Shown here: positions 25,851-39,826 of the stretch, piece by piece
How positions within the stretch are numbered: position 1 is the stretch's first letter
Layout: every line of letters starts with the position of its first letter
Source: Tricharina praecox
Taxonomy: Eukaryota
Direction: 5' to 3'
NCBI RefSeq assembly: GCF_024521635.1
Contig: NW_026250411.1
Coordinates: 186,001 to 250,000, forward strand
Length of the DNA: 64,000 bases
Translations under genes and position numbers: made by a program
The notes under the pieces: generated by a model
What the model was told of the DNA's origin: nothing
What the model saw: the letters and a program-made list of their open reading frames with translations, nothing else
Database searches by the model: none

Positions 25851-28800
25851 TCAATGCAACGCAGGCTGAAGTCTTTCCTTTCCGTGGTGACTGGCAGCTC
25901 TGCTATGTTTCGATGTCGCCTTCCCGTCCTTGTCCTTGTCGGTATTCTTGACACTCTTCTTCCTCCGGATGGAGTGGCGATCAGCCGAGAAGCCGACGGA
26001 GCCGAGGCCGGATTTTATCGTGTCCTTGATGCTCTCGATGGCGGAAGAGCGCTGGGACACCACCGTGTCCATCAGCACGACCGGATCGACGTTGATCTTG
26101 ACAAAGAGCCGCGAAAAGAGGTACTGTTCGCCCTGGATGTTGTAGAGGGGGAGGTGACGGTAGCCTGGCGGATGGCATTAGCAAAGACCCCCCAAAAAAA
26201 TATATAGAGAGAGGTGGATGGAGACGTACCTTGCTGCAGGGAGATCAGCTTGGCCGTGTACGTGGCAATGAGACTCTTGTCATCGCCACCCTCCGAGTTG
26301 TAGACGGAAAAGCGGACGAACACGAGATCCTCAAACTTGGTAACCAGACTGAATTTCATCTTCTCCTGAAAGATAGGGTGGAAACCATCGTCATACACGA
26401 CCTTGGTGCGCCTCTTCTGCGGCGCGCCCAGCCCGCTGATTCCCTTCGAGTCGCCAACCTCAATCCCGCCCTCGCTGGTGGATGTGCCCTTGGTCTTGTC
26501 GTCGGCAGTGAACACCTCGACCTCGACGTACGGGTCGATGGTGTCGTCGGCCTTGTGGCCCGAGCGCGAAAGCTGCTGCGCAGAGATGACCTTGATCGAG
26601 AACGAGACTTGCTTCTTGTCCTTCTTCAGCTTGGCATCCGCCGCATCCGCAGGAGGATCGAAAGTTGTCCGAGAACCGCGAAGGACTTTGGGCTTGAGCA
26701 CATATCCGCCTTTGTCGTCGGCGGACGCAAACATGGCTTCGTTCAATTGCACGCCGAGGTCGTATGTCTGCCAGTTGAGCGCGACCATCTGCACACCCCT
26801 TCTCCAGAAACCCAACGGATCGAAATTCGAAGAGTTCACGCGGAAGCCGGACGGATACACTCGCATGAGGTAGCGGACATTGTGCTTCTCCAATTGCGCT
26901 TTCTTCTCCGGGTCTTTGCAGAATTTCAGCAGCGACTTTTCCTGGAACGAAAAGATGTGGTTGAACGTTTTGCTCTCTGTTCGGTCATCGTCAGTAATGC
27001 TCAATCATGCGCAATCACTTCGATTGGGACTCACCTGGAAGTGCGAAGTTGCGGAACTTCTGTCCGCGACAATAGACACCCAATTTCCCAAGCTCATGGG
27101 CAATCTTCATCGTAGGCTTCGGCTCTTTCTTCTTGCCTTCTCCCGATCCACTGCCGCCGTCGTCGGACTCACTGGTATTGCTGGTCGAAGTGCTGTTCCC
27201 AGAATTATTCCTCAGGAAGCTATAGCGCTTGGGGGGAGACGTGCTGCTGGCGATGCTACCACTCCCGGTACGTCTTTCCATGGCGTCGAAATCGTTCTTG
27301 AGCAGCGCCGACTCCTTCCGCTCGCTGCCCTTGACCTTGACCAAGATGCGATGCTTCAGCTCCTGCGGACTGGGGAGGGTCATGCTGTTAGTCATGAAGG
27401 GATCGGTCACCAGCTTCTCGCCGAGGATGTTGACGAGGTGCTCGGCCATCTTGACTTGCTGCTCCAAGCCGCAGTGGACTTCCAGCGAAAGGATCACCGG
27501 ATATGGCGAAGCGAGGAACGCGTATTTTCCGATCGCCGCAATGACGTCCGAGAACAAGCATTCGCTCGTTCCGGTGTGTCCGTGAGTGACCACGGGCCGA
27601 CCATCGTCACCATCCCAGCAGTCAATCTCAACACAGCGGCATCCCCGTTGCAAAACACGGATGTAGCCCTCGACCGATGATTCGCCGCGAACTTGTCGTC
27701 CCATAAGGTATGTGTTATGGGAGCTCGAGCAATAGTACTCGTTCAACGGACGATCCAGCATGTTGTTCGGGGACGAGGCCAGGAGTGGGGGGTTATACGA
27801 GGACGAAAGAAGGAACGAGGTAAACGCCTCCTGATCCATCCGCATATTCTCGATATCCTCGCCTTGCGACTGAACTTGTCCATCGGCCTGCTCCGCCTTG
27901 AAAGACTGCCGACAAAACTTTCGGAACACCTTATCCACCTGCGCGCTATCGGCAGCAACATCGACCTTCTGAACGTCCCTCAAGAACGTCTGGAACTCGT
28001 GCCTGACCATCCCTCCGAGGGGGTTCGCAACAATACCTTCCCAGATACCCTTGATCTCTTCCCTCTCTTTCAGGAGCTTCACGAACCGTTCAAATTCGTG
28101 GAAGTTGAGGTGCCCCGAATTGTCACGATCCGCGCGCTTGAATTTTTCCTTCAGGAGCCTTCTGGAACAATTGACGTGGATATCACGACAGAGGCGCTCG
28201 ACATCTTCAAAGGTCAATTTGTCTGCCGTCTGCGAGTCGGAAGCCCGCTTGGTGGCCATGTAATTCCTCCAGTGGGCGTCGACAAACTTCTCCCCTTGCA
28301 TAGCCAAGCCCGCCATCATTTCCGTGCGGAATCTGTTGATCGCCTCGAGTGTGGTGGTCCAGGTGTTGAACAGTTCCACGGTGGGAGCGACCACATGCAA
28401 GAGCTTCAACTTGCCGCCCTCCTTATTGTCGACGTACGTGATCGTGATCCAGCGGTCCTCGTGATCCGACGAGATCTGCAGTTCTTCGCGGTAATTCCGA
28501 GCATTGGCGCCTGTGCGTATTTCCTTCATGTCATCCACGTAGAACCGCGAAGATTGTTTTGTTGGATCCCACGAGACCCGGGCCTTGTTGACATCCAATT
28601 TGAAAGTTCTCGTCGTCTTCTTTTTCCGTGTGATCCTGGTCATTGGCGTTCCCCTCTGCAGTTCTTCGGGCACGAGGATTCCACCGTTTGGTGGATCCCC
28701 GGAAACGGCGATAGCAGCGTCTGCGGCTGGAGCCAGCAAGCTGTTGGGCCCGTCCACCTGGTCGGTAACCGCTGTTTCATCGTCGTCCAGATCGTGGTGC

Positions 28801-29405
28801 TGTATTCCCAGCCGTCCGATATCTCCGCTCTGGCTTTCGCCGCGATTCCGTACGAGGACCGGGCCGGTCCGTTCTTCGTGATCGTTCGCAGCGGAGGATG
28901 TCCGCCGCCTCAGCTTATTGGCGGCCTTCTGTGATACCCTCCGTACCAAACCGCCGGCCGCGGTCACCAGGGAGTCGCTGGTAGTGGTGCTGCTGGCGGG
29001 AGGAAGTGATATTGGGTGGACTGGTGAGGAATTCTGGCGAGCCCTCAATCCCCGCGGGGAAGGTATGGGGGATATCCGTGGTGATGTCCGTGTTTGAGGT
29101 CCGCTGTGGTGCCATGTTTGGGACGACTTATGCCGGAGTGTAGGTATCTCACAGTCGCCCAAGGTGAGCTGCGGTATTGACGGCGTCGATTGTGTCGCAG
29201 TCACACTCGGTCGTGGTGACGGCCGTGGTGACGGCTGCGGCGATGGCTGCGGCGATAGCTGTGGTGATGGCTCTGGTGGAGGGGTGAGGGTTTCTAGCTG
29301 TAGCGTAGCGATTCGTGCCTCCAGGAAAGTGCCGTCTTTTGGTGAGGGAGTGGAGACGACCTCCATGGGAGTCAGGATTAGGGGTGATGCAGTTGGGTCG
29401 GTCAT
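25851..29405 (-). CDS. PLC1: Phosphoinositide-specific phospholipase C (PH, EF-hand, X, Y and C2 domains), about 1143 aa from the first in-frame ATG; exons 29405-27035, 26976-26230, 26164-25851; 5' end uncertain
   Basis: X-box motifs YYCSSSHNTYL...GCRCVEIDCWDG...HGHT and YPVILSLEVHC; Y-box RVYPSGFRVNSSNFDP...QMVALNWQTYD; C2 domain followed by QGYRHLPL; 58-nt and 65-nt canonical introns. Confidence 0.96.
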
Positions 29406-32400
29406 GGATACCAAACTAAGCTCGGAGACCGGCACACCCGAATTCGGATTCTGGTGAACGGATATATTTGGGTATTTATGTGGGTACTTTCGTGTGTATG
29501 GAAGTGCTTAGTGCGTGTGCGAGTGCTTGGGTAGGTGTGTATGCGTGGTGTCGGTATAGCTGTAGGGAGGTCGGCGGTACAGTGTGCTGTATGCGGGGTG
29601 GGGGGCAGGGTTCACTTTTGAATAGACGTGAGCTCCCGCGTAGAGGAAGGGTGCATGCACATGCAAATGCAGCGCTTTTCTTTTCGGATTGCAGGGAAAT
29701 ACGTAAAGGTGGACAGACCAGCAATTTTGGGGGGTGCTCGGATGATGAGATATATGATGAGATGAATTGAACGAGCTCAACCAATGGCCGGCTGCTGTAT
29801 CGTATGCTTGGTGGTGGGGTGGGGCACTCAAGAGGTACGGGATATGAGTCTATGAACTCTGTGTCCCTTCCAGCTCTACCGATTGCTTCCCACTGCGCAC
29901 TTTCTCCCTCTCTACCGCTCACCTTCCGCCTCTCAGCCGCTCTGTGGTGAAGCGCGCGGTGTTGGTATGTCGTCACTGAGGCTCGTCGGATGTGTCTGTT
30001 CGTGTGGGCGCTGCTTTGCGGCGGAGGAGACTCTCTCTCTATCTCTTTCTCTCTCTCTTTCTCTTTTGGTGATATCCGTCGCGTGTTCCCTCCCGACTGA
30101 GACGTCCCCTATCGATAATCGATCAATCCCACCAACAACCCCTCCAACAATTGCCAATCAACCCTGTCCACCAACTGCTACTACCACCAACAACAAGAAG
30201 CTGCTGACGACGGGTTTCCAGTGTGGGGGATGGTGACGCTCACAGGGTAGTGTTGATGTTGGTGTTGGTTTGGTTGTGGTTGTGGTTGTGGTTGTGGTTG
30301 TGGTTGTTATTGAAGTAGTGATTCGCGGCAGTAGTGGTGGTAGTGGTGGTAGTAGTTGTAGTAGTGGTGATAGTTGTAGTAGTATAACAACGGCGACAAC
30401 AGCGGCGGCGGCGGCGGCGGCGGCGGGCGGTTGAATATCCGGCAGGGAGAGATGTATCAAAGGGCGAGGACGAGAGAAGGAGAAGGAAGAGGCCGTAGCA
30501 AAATCCGACATGAGGAGCTTTGAAGGGACGTGGGGTAGCTTTAAAGCATACCGTTCAAGCTATTGGTGCTAAGCTGAGAAGTGAGACATGGAGTGAGGTG
30601 AGGCAGGTGTATTTTTTTTGCTTTTTTTTGGTAAGGTAAGAAGTAAGTGAGTCGAATACTTAGGCAAGGACGGATGGATATGGGTCGTGCGTGGGTTCGT
30701 CTTGGTCGGCAGTGCAGTGGGCAGTGGGCAGAGCGCAGAGCGCAGAGCAGAGCAGAGCGCAGGGTGCTTGGATGCTTGGCCTGCGTGATGTCGCTTTTGC
30801 GAGAGGGGGGCGGGTTGCTGGTGGTAGTATTACTGCGCTGGTGCTGGAGTCTGCGTGAGCATCATCGTTAAAAGTCGCTACGGACTGCTATTGGATGGCG
30901 GGAACGGATGCAAGACGGTTGTGGAAGGCTGTCGATTAACTAGACTTGGGTGTTGAGTAAGTAGGGAAGTAAGTACGGCAGCCAAGGTTGCAGAACCTCG
31001 ATATTTGGGTGGTGGCCGGGTTTCTTTTTGGGAGGGGAGGGGGGTGAGGGGGCAGCAGGAAGATTATTATTGGCGTGGCATCGACATTCCCACCCACGGC
31101 AGCACTAACGAGCGACGCAGCCGAGAATCCGCCGCTTCCCACAGGCTGGCGACCGAAGAAACCATTCGGCTCAATCTAGCACCGGTAGAGTCTTCTACGC
31201 TGGTGCTGTTTCCGTGCTAGAGAGCACGCGCGCGCGAGAACTGCATTCTGCCAACCATCAATCATTCCAGCGCGGCGGCGGCGACGGCGGCGAGGGGGAA
31301 GGAGGCGAGGCGGAGAGGCTCTGCTGCTTCGAGATGGCAATGCCGACATTGATCTCCGCGGTCCTAGATACCAGTGCTCCAAGACGACCGGCGTGCAGTT
31401 TGGGGCCTGAGTGAAATGCGGAGTGGTGTGGAGTGGGACCCGGTAAGACACTGGGATTGGCCATGGCCACTGCTCACATGCTTTCCTGTTCCTCCTTTTG
31501 CTCCTCCTGTTCTCCTTCTCCGTCTCCGCGCCGCGTGAGTGAAACAATGCCGACGCTTCCACCGCACTGGACTGGAGAAGTCTTAGCATAGGTAATACAT
31601 CCCCGCCGAGCACATAGCGTACCTAGGCAGGTATGTAGAGTAGGTATCCATGCCGTCAGAGAGCCGCAGGTCGGGGGACATTCTCTTCTTCGACCGTATC
31701 GGTAGAAGCGAAAGCGAGCTCAAGGAAGGAAGGAAGGAAGCCCTGGGCACGATGGTGATGATGATGCTGATGCTGTTGGTGCTGATGCTGTGCTGTGCTG
31801 TGCTGATGGCCCTGCCGAGCTGACCGAACTTCCGCAATCCTCCAGTGTCAGGGTATGATAGGTACAGACATACATGCATCTCCTCGACTCACAGCCCACC
31901 GCGCCCCCAACTGCTTCGTTCCCTCGTCTCTCGTCCTTCTTCCCTCTTCCCTTCTTAACGGTTATCCTGGTTGGGCTGGGTACATAACGGATGGGATATG
32001 ATATGTGTAGCAGATGTCTGGCTGAGATGAGAGCGCCCCCTCCCCTCGCCTCCCCTCCCCTTCCCCCCTCTCTCCGCGGTCCGTCGGCACTCAGACATAC
32101 CTCCCTCCATACTCAGATCCTCTAGCTAGTCTGTAGCAATTCTAGGCTGACGTCGTCACCGCTGGTGCTGTCCATCCACTGTCCGTCCACAGTGCTACGA
32201 AACCGCCTAGTGAACGAAACAACATTTGGGCCCCACGCGCGCGCGGCGTCGCGCGGCGCCTGTCATGGGCCCAGCTGCCCAGCGCCCAGCCTTCGACGTC
32301 TTGGATGCCACGTTTGTCGTCTCGACCCCGCCGCCGAGCACGAGCGAGCGAGCGAGCAAAGAGGGAACGAACGAGGGGGGGAGGGCAGGGAAGTGAGGTG

Positions 32401-34659
32401 TGTGTGCCTCGCGGCCCTTGGCATTCAGGGTCCCCGGAATCGGAGAAAAAGAAAAGAAAAAGACGAAGACGACGAAAAGACGAAAAGTGTCGACAAGACA
32501 TGACCGTACTCGAGATAAGTAAGCAAGTATGGTACGCATGTGTACATAGGGTATGAGGTACAGCGTATTCGCGTGGCGAGGCCTGCCAGCCTGCCAGCCA
32601 ATGTTGCCGTGCCCGCAGCCTGCTCGCCGGTGCTCCGTTCGTTCGTCTTGACTCTGGCTTTGCCTTTGCGCACATAGGTAGCTGTCATACGGTAGAGTAC
32701 CGTCGAGCAATAGGCGACTCGCTGGACGCCGCGCGCGCCACCCGCTCGGCTGTCACGGGAATATGGTACGCACTGAGCACATACTGCACGCTCTACAGGC
32801 TACAGTTTCCCCTGCACCGGGGGGTGCACGGCGAGAGCGGCGAGCTTTTGAGGCGGGGATGGGAGGGGACTCAGGGAGGGGAGGGCGAGCGAGCGTGACG
32901 ATGATGATGACGGTGAGAGGTGCAGGGTCGTGTACGGTAGTACTCACCTAGTAGTGCACCTTCTGGCAAACGAACCGCTGCGGGGTCCACGGTACTCTAG
33001 GTACTGCGCAGTGCGAACATAGTATAGGTGGTACATACGGACTGGACTGACTCCCTCTGCTCACAGCTCCCTGGGCGACGGGGACGGACGGGAGGGTCGT
33101 TTACGCCGAAGCATCAGAAAGCGGAAAGAATTGTTGATTATCATTACCATACCTTACCATACCATAGCCCATTCCCCAACCCCATTATCCCCTAGCTCAA
33201 CTCAAAGCACAGCTTCGCTGATATGGTATGTACGGTCGGCCAGACGGCATTAACGCTGATGTCTGGACTCTGCCCCTCCCCCAACCAACTAACAGTATGA
33301 TACATCACCTCGCACCTCAATAATAGCTGTTCGGGTTATTCATCAACCCACGAGTAACTAAAGGTGAGTACTTGGGTGTGTATAGGGGCTGCCGGTGCGT
33401 CCACTGCCACTGCCACTGCCTCCACCCAGACGGTAGGAGCAGTACACAGATAACTAATACGACACACATGCAGGCTTCAGCTCGACAAGGGTCACCCAAT
33501 ACATACATGCATCCATCCATCGTAATATCACGACACCGGCTTCATCGATAAGCCCTGCCAGTATTGAGGCACAGGCACCGACGCGGTGAGATTACTCAAT
33601 CCGTTCACTCACTCAGTCATCCACTCCCAAGCTACGACCACGACGAGAGGGGCAACGAGGGCGTGCTTCGGTATTGCTCGCTCAATGGATCGTCTATCTA
33701 CGAACGCAGGCGTGCTTTGGTATTACTCGTTTCGATGCATCATCTAGATACACACGCAGGCGTATGTACCGGAACAACCTCCCAGCGCTCCCCAAGCCAG
33801 ACAAGCGACAAGCAGCAGCAGCAGCAATGCCCGATCGATTGCATAATCGGCGCTGCGCAGAATGATATCGATCTCGATCCCACGCCTAATCAGTGCTCTA
33901 TGCTAGACATAGGTACATATCATACATATCATACATATCATACATATCATACCGTAGTTGCCGTACACCTCTCTCTCTTCGGCACCGTGGAAGTGACGGA
34001 GACTAGGCAGCTGTACCTACTACAAACTTACCTGCCCCCCTACCTACCGACCATCAGATCAGATCAGTAAGCGGCGTATCTATGCCATGCCTGTGTTTCA
34101 TCGATAGCAGATGCGTTCACTTGCACCCACCGTGAGGGCACACAGTACTACCGGTACATACCCAAGTACCTACAGCACCTACCACAGGCAAGGAGGGAAC
34201 GAACGGATCAAGGCACATCAGAAGAAACCCGAGAGCAAAGCGAAACATCGCCGGTGGGCCGGTTGAGATCCCAACTTCCCTTCCCTTCCTTACCGCAGCA
34301 AGTCGCAAGTATCATATGTACATATCATACATACCGGTATGTAGGTGGTTATCTCACTCAATCGGAACTCTCACGGATGTGATAACTCGCAGTGCCGTTT
34401 CGTTCGTCATTCGATTCTCCCCCTCCTCCTCATGCTCGTGTTCATGCTCTCGTAGCCAGTACATGGTGTGTCTCAGCTCTCACGTTCCTCAAACCGAATG
34501 CTCCACGACTCCGACCTCTCGTGCGGAATGCACGCACCAAGGCGCCTGCACTATCTGCACCCATTGCCGACTGCGCATCTTAGTTACCCCAGACTTTCTC
34601 TTGCAGTTGCAGTTGCACCCTCTCAGATCCTTCAAAACCGCAACATCACTCGTTCCCTC

Positions 34660-34727
34660 CCTCCTTCCTTCCCTTCCTTCCCTCCCTTCCTTCCTTCCTT
34701 CCTTCCTTCCTTCCTTCCTTCCTTCCT
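34660..34727. repeat. (CCTT)n microsatellite
   Basis: Read directly from the sequence. Confidence 0.9.
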
Positions 34728-37700
34728 TTTTTCTTCCTCTTGCAAAGCTCTAAATATCACCTTGCTCCACCGGTACCGTACGCACATGCAAGCAGTGGTA
34801 GGCAGCTGGTAGGCAGCAGTCCTGTATGTAGAGTACCTGTACCTGTTAGGGCTGCCGGGCTGCCATATTACCTCCATGTCGTCGTCGCACATGAGGCACG
34901 GTCTAAAATCTCACAGACAGAGGGCCCTATATAGAGTATCTACATAGAGTAGGTAGAGTACTATATCTACATCTTCCTTTTGAACACCAGCGGCCAGCGG
35001 TCAGCCAGGAACGGAGGAAGCGACGAGAAATAGAAATAGAAAATCGCCCGAAACGACAATTAGTGGTCCGTGCATGGGGGCTTACTTACTCTGGTTACTC
35101 TCTGTGGCTCGTGGCACTTCCTTTTTTATTCCAGAAAATCCTCCAAGCTCCTCCTGTCCTCCAGGGAAAATAATGGCAGGGATACTTGCAGTGCCAGTGT
35201 GCAGTGGTCCAGTGGAATAACCCAAAAAAAAGAAAACCTGTCGTCAAAAAAAAAAAAAAACTCCAGCCCAGCAGCCCAGCTTTCTTCTTCGAGGTAGAGT
35301 AGAGTACCTTGCCCTCGTCCGGAGTCTTGACTTCTGGCTGAGTCGCTGGAAAGCCTGAAAGATCCCCGCTCCGCTGTGTGCGCGCCTGCGCTCGGGTTCG
35401 GACTGGGCCGCTGGTTCCGGCAGTGTGCTCAGTGGTCGCGAAGCCGGAGTCCCTCTCTCTCGCCTTGCAGAGGACGAAGGTTGCAGCGGCTGGGCGGGGA
35501 CTTTGATACTTTGCTTTGCTGGTCAGCCGCAGGGGAATTACGTGTACCATATGTATCTCCCTACGTAGAGTACCGTATGTACCGTTCACAGTGCACACAG
35601 CCAGCCCGCTCCGCTCTGCTCTGCTGCACGACACAAGTGCCTTTGACGAAGAAGAACCTGGCGGACCTTCAGTTCACTTTACTTTACTTCACTTCAAAGT
35701 TCACCTCACCGCCTAGCCTTGTGCTCTTGCGGCATGACTAGACTAGTCGCATGCGTCCGAATTGAATTGAATTGCACTTTTGCAGCTTTCCAACCCTAGG
35801 ATCATAGATAGCATAGCGGCTGCTAACTCGGCACTCTCGGGAGCGTCATTGACCAGCTAGGTACTCTAGCTACAACTTACTCGCCCAGCCCCGGCTGCCC
35901 CAGGCCAGAATTGGGGTGCCGAGCAAGAGAGGGGGGAGGGGGCGGTGTGGCATGGCATGTCCCCGACTCCCCGCCCCCGCGGTTTTCACCCCACTCCACA
36001 CTCCACTCCACGTATGTACAGTTCATACGATACGCGTACCTTGTATGTATGATAGCTGATGGTAGGATTGGCGTTGTCCGCTCCCACTTCCGCAAGCTCA
36101 CAGTTGCAAAGTTGCAAAGAAAGTTCGTGTCGTGTCGGGAACTTGTCCTACGTATAACTAGTATAGTACCCAGCCTGCGAAGTGCGAACGAGATCGAGCC
36201 AAACACGTTGCGGGAATCCAGATGGACGCCGGAACTGACGGAGAGGGTGGGGAGGGGCGAGGAGGGGAGGGTGGGGCAAGAAAGGTGCGGTACGAGTATA
36301 TACGGCTGTCCAAGAGGAGACAAACCGGCGCGGGCCTATGTAGGTAACTATCTATCTTAGTAGGAATCCCGCCCAGCCAGTCAGTCAGCCGTAGGACGAC
36401 TCACGAGGACTCGTATGTACGCCATGGTTAGAGTATCCACCCACCACCCACCCCTCATCACCGACGACCGACCGGTTCCCTTGGCTTACATACATACGCC
36501 CTCAGTCGACGACGACGACGCCGCGCCAAATGAGCCCGCCAGCCCGCCAACCCCCCGACCCCGACCCCCGACGCGCGCCCAGATCCGCCCAGATTATCAG
36601 ATAAAGGCGGTGGCCGGAAACGGCTGGGACAAGAGACTCCGGTGGTGTTCTAGAGCATCTTGGCGCCAGGCATTGTGATTTCATGGCAGCTTTCCTTCCT
36701 TCCCCCGGCAGGTATGTACCATACATACCATACATACCATAAGACGAGCGAGTCGGAAAGAAAGAAAGGAAAAGAAAAGAACTCGACCCGTACATAAGAT
36801 CGGAAGCTTCTGCCGCGTCGTACGACGTATTCATTCGTTCGTTCTTGTTGGCCCTGGCCCTGGCGCCGTACACCTGGGGAGGGGGAGGGGAGGGGAGGGA
36901 TACCTTGCGAGTGACGATGACTGGTTTGCCTTCCGGATTGGCGGGGATGTGCCCCTCCCTCGGCGCCCAGATGCTGATGCTGATGGCGGGGGATTCTGTA
37001 AATCTCACCGCCAACTGCGCCCAACGGGAGCTGAACCCTCAACCCCCACCGTCTCTTCATTTGGGGATTATGGTGTTGGCTCGAGACGCGGTGGGAGGGG
37101 GTATGTAGGTTGTAGATGCACGGCAAAAGATACTGGGAAACGAAAGTTTTTCTGCGCCCAGAGCTTGGTTATGGTTTGCCTCCGACTTCTCTATCATCTC
37201 CCGCGTTGGCAAACTGCCTTCATCATACCATGGCGACATACGTATGACAGAAGCCCAGCATAAATTCCTGGCCCGGTGTGTACGATAGGTATCCATTGAG
37301 TTGCCGTGTAACGACTCGATCGCGACGGGCAAAAAGCATGAACATGAAGCATGAGCATGAGCATCATGCCATGAGCATCATTGCATTTGCATGAATACAC
37401 CCCAGCTTCGAGACCACCGCTCCGGCATATGCCAATGTCGTTTTAGTATAGGTAGGCAGGTAGGCAGGTAGGCAGCCTTCGGCCCTCGGACAAGCCTTTG
37501 CTTGCAAGGCATCGCTCGGTAGGTAATGCGTCTCGCCGGCCGGTCCGCTCGGCGTTCCAAGACTCACCGCCCATCACTAGCGAACAGACACACGCATAGT
37601 AGGTATGTATGTAGCATAGAGACAAGCCGGTGAGTGTTTTGCAGAAGTAAGCGTCTGTTCCCGGATCGTGGTAGGTCGTCGGACAATTCATACGCAGGTA

Positions 37701-39826
37701 CGGTAGAGTTCCACCCGCGGTAGCGATAGCCGCTCTAGGCGAGGCGGTTAGAGTAGGCAGGTAGAGCGAAGCCACTGGTCTTCTCACTCATCTCGCCCCC
37801 GCATCCTGAAGCTCCCCCCTCTCATCGGTCAGTATGTAACAAAGTACTCCACCCATCACTCAGTGGCTTTTTATACATACCCACCACCTCCTTTCACCGC
37901 CCTCCGCCGTGTCGTCGTGTCGTGGTTGGGAGCCGGAGCGAGAAGCGGCAAAATAACCCCGCCCTCTCGCTTGATGGGGATAAAAACCAGCGTGGCAATC
38001 GAGCCGTTGTCTGTGGCCCCATGCGAGTGCGGACGGCGGGATGTGGGTGGTGGTAGTGGTGGTGGTGGTGGTGGTGGTGGTGGTGGTTCTTCTGGGAACG
38101 CGGAGCTGCCTCCGCTCGCCACCCCTGCCCATGTGGGCTTTCGGTACCGACCCTGGGTTTTTAGTGACATGTACGGATCGGAGCTAACTGGCGGGACCAT
38201 GGAATCTGGGAACTCAAGCTTTCGATAAAAATAAACGTGGCGGCCGACTTCGGTGGTGGTGGTGGTGGTGGTGGTGGCCTGCCGCCCGTGGGAGAAGGGG
38301 ATGGGTGGGTGGGCCCGTGAGTGGGCCCGTGAGTGCGGAGATGCCGGGCGTTGTTTTCATCCCATCTCTTCCCATACCGGCCTCCGAGAACATCGCTGTT
38401 TCGTATGGAGCGGGTACTGGACAGTCGGTTACCTGCTCTATGGGTAACCCTACTCCATGATTTGGGCAGACGTGTTTACCGTACCTACCCAAGAGCCGTC
38501 CAGAGCTAAGAGAAAGGCAGTCCTCATCTTCTCGCCCTTGGATGGAAATAATCACACACCGCCACGACACGCCAGCTCGAAGCAATAGCGATATCGAGCA
38601 CACCGACGAAGCAAGGAGAGCGGCGCACACGAGCAAAGGGACTGCTGATAAATGGTGTTCCGTGCGCAGCTCCAAGTGGTCCGGCTCAGCTACCAGCCGG
38701 ATCCGACTGCTACAACCTACTCTACTTCCAGGGAGCAACGCTGTAACGGCGGCCATGACAGAGTAAACATGCTTCCGATGGCTCCAGGCAAAAGATTCGA
38801 CTCGAGTCAATTCAAATAATCACTCGTCTAGGTACTCTACATAGACGAGGCAAGCCGTGGTGCGAGTAGGTACCAGTGTAAGAACGAACGTTTGCAAACC
38901 ACGGAAGTATCCACATCATCGCCACCAACCAAACAAGAGAGGTGGAGACGTATGTAGATCCGGCCAAAGCTTACTCTAGCGTAAAGAAGCCCCACATCTA
39001 CGGAACAACCCAAAGCGGAAATGAGATGTGCGGGAACATCGACTCTGCGCTACTTTCAGTGCTCTAGATAATCAGACCGTCGCTGATCGAAGACAGCACG
39101 GAGTCTCGCCAGCCCGAGTACATATCTTTGTGCCGTGGATACTCGGGCATAGTCAGCGTAATCGGAAGGGGCAATGATTATCTGAGGCTGTGGGCACTGG
39201 GGAAGGCGTCGTAGAGACCAATTGATTCAAAGTTCGAACGCCTTTTGGGTGGTTCTCGCCGACGCCGTGAGAAGTTACACTTGACGCTAACCACTTTTCC
39301 AGGACCGGACCCGGTACCAAAACTTTCCGGACTCGATGATCAATCATCATGTCCGGGTAGGTATTTACAGTTCCGGAACATGTGAAAGCATGGTATGTAG
39401 CCTGAGACTATGTAGGCACTTCGAGACCTACTCTACATACGAGTAGATGGACATTACATGCTAGTAAGTTGGTAACTACTCCCCGCCCGGGCACGACAGA
39501 TTATCCTTTCCGCCCCACATTTTGGTGTGAATCCGAGCCCTCCCCGGAGATTGGCTTTCCACTGGCTGACGACGCCCTGGATGATTTGTCACTTTCCATG
39601 TGACATGCACGCACACGAACGCACACAGAGAAATAGAGGCTCCAGGTGTCTCAGAGTCTTTTCCGTTGGCTATACAACGGAGGTACTTTACGCCAGATCA
39701 AAGCTCAGATTTGGCCCTACGGCCTTGATTCCCACTCGCAGCTAGTGAGTCGGGCACAGCCCATCACTCATCTCGGCCATCCGGCGGAGGTGGATCGGGC
39801 ACCCACCGCGTTACCAAAGGCGGACA

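Noticed and set aside
26231..28934. Long plus-strand ORFs (294, 266 and 413 aa); similarly 20354-21325, 2531-3226 and 51004-51843
   Set aside because: Antisense shadows of real genes or the LINE, with no recognisable motifs.
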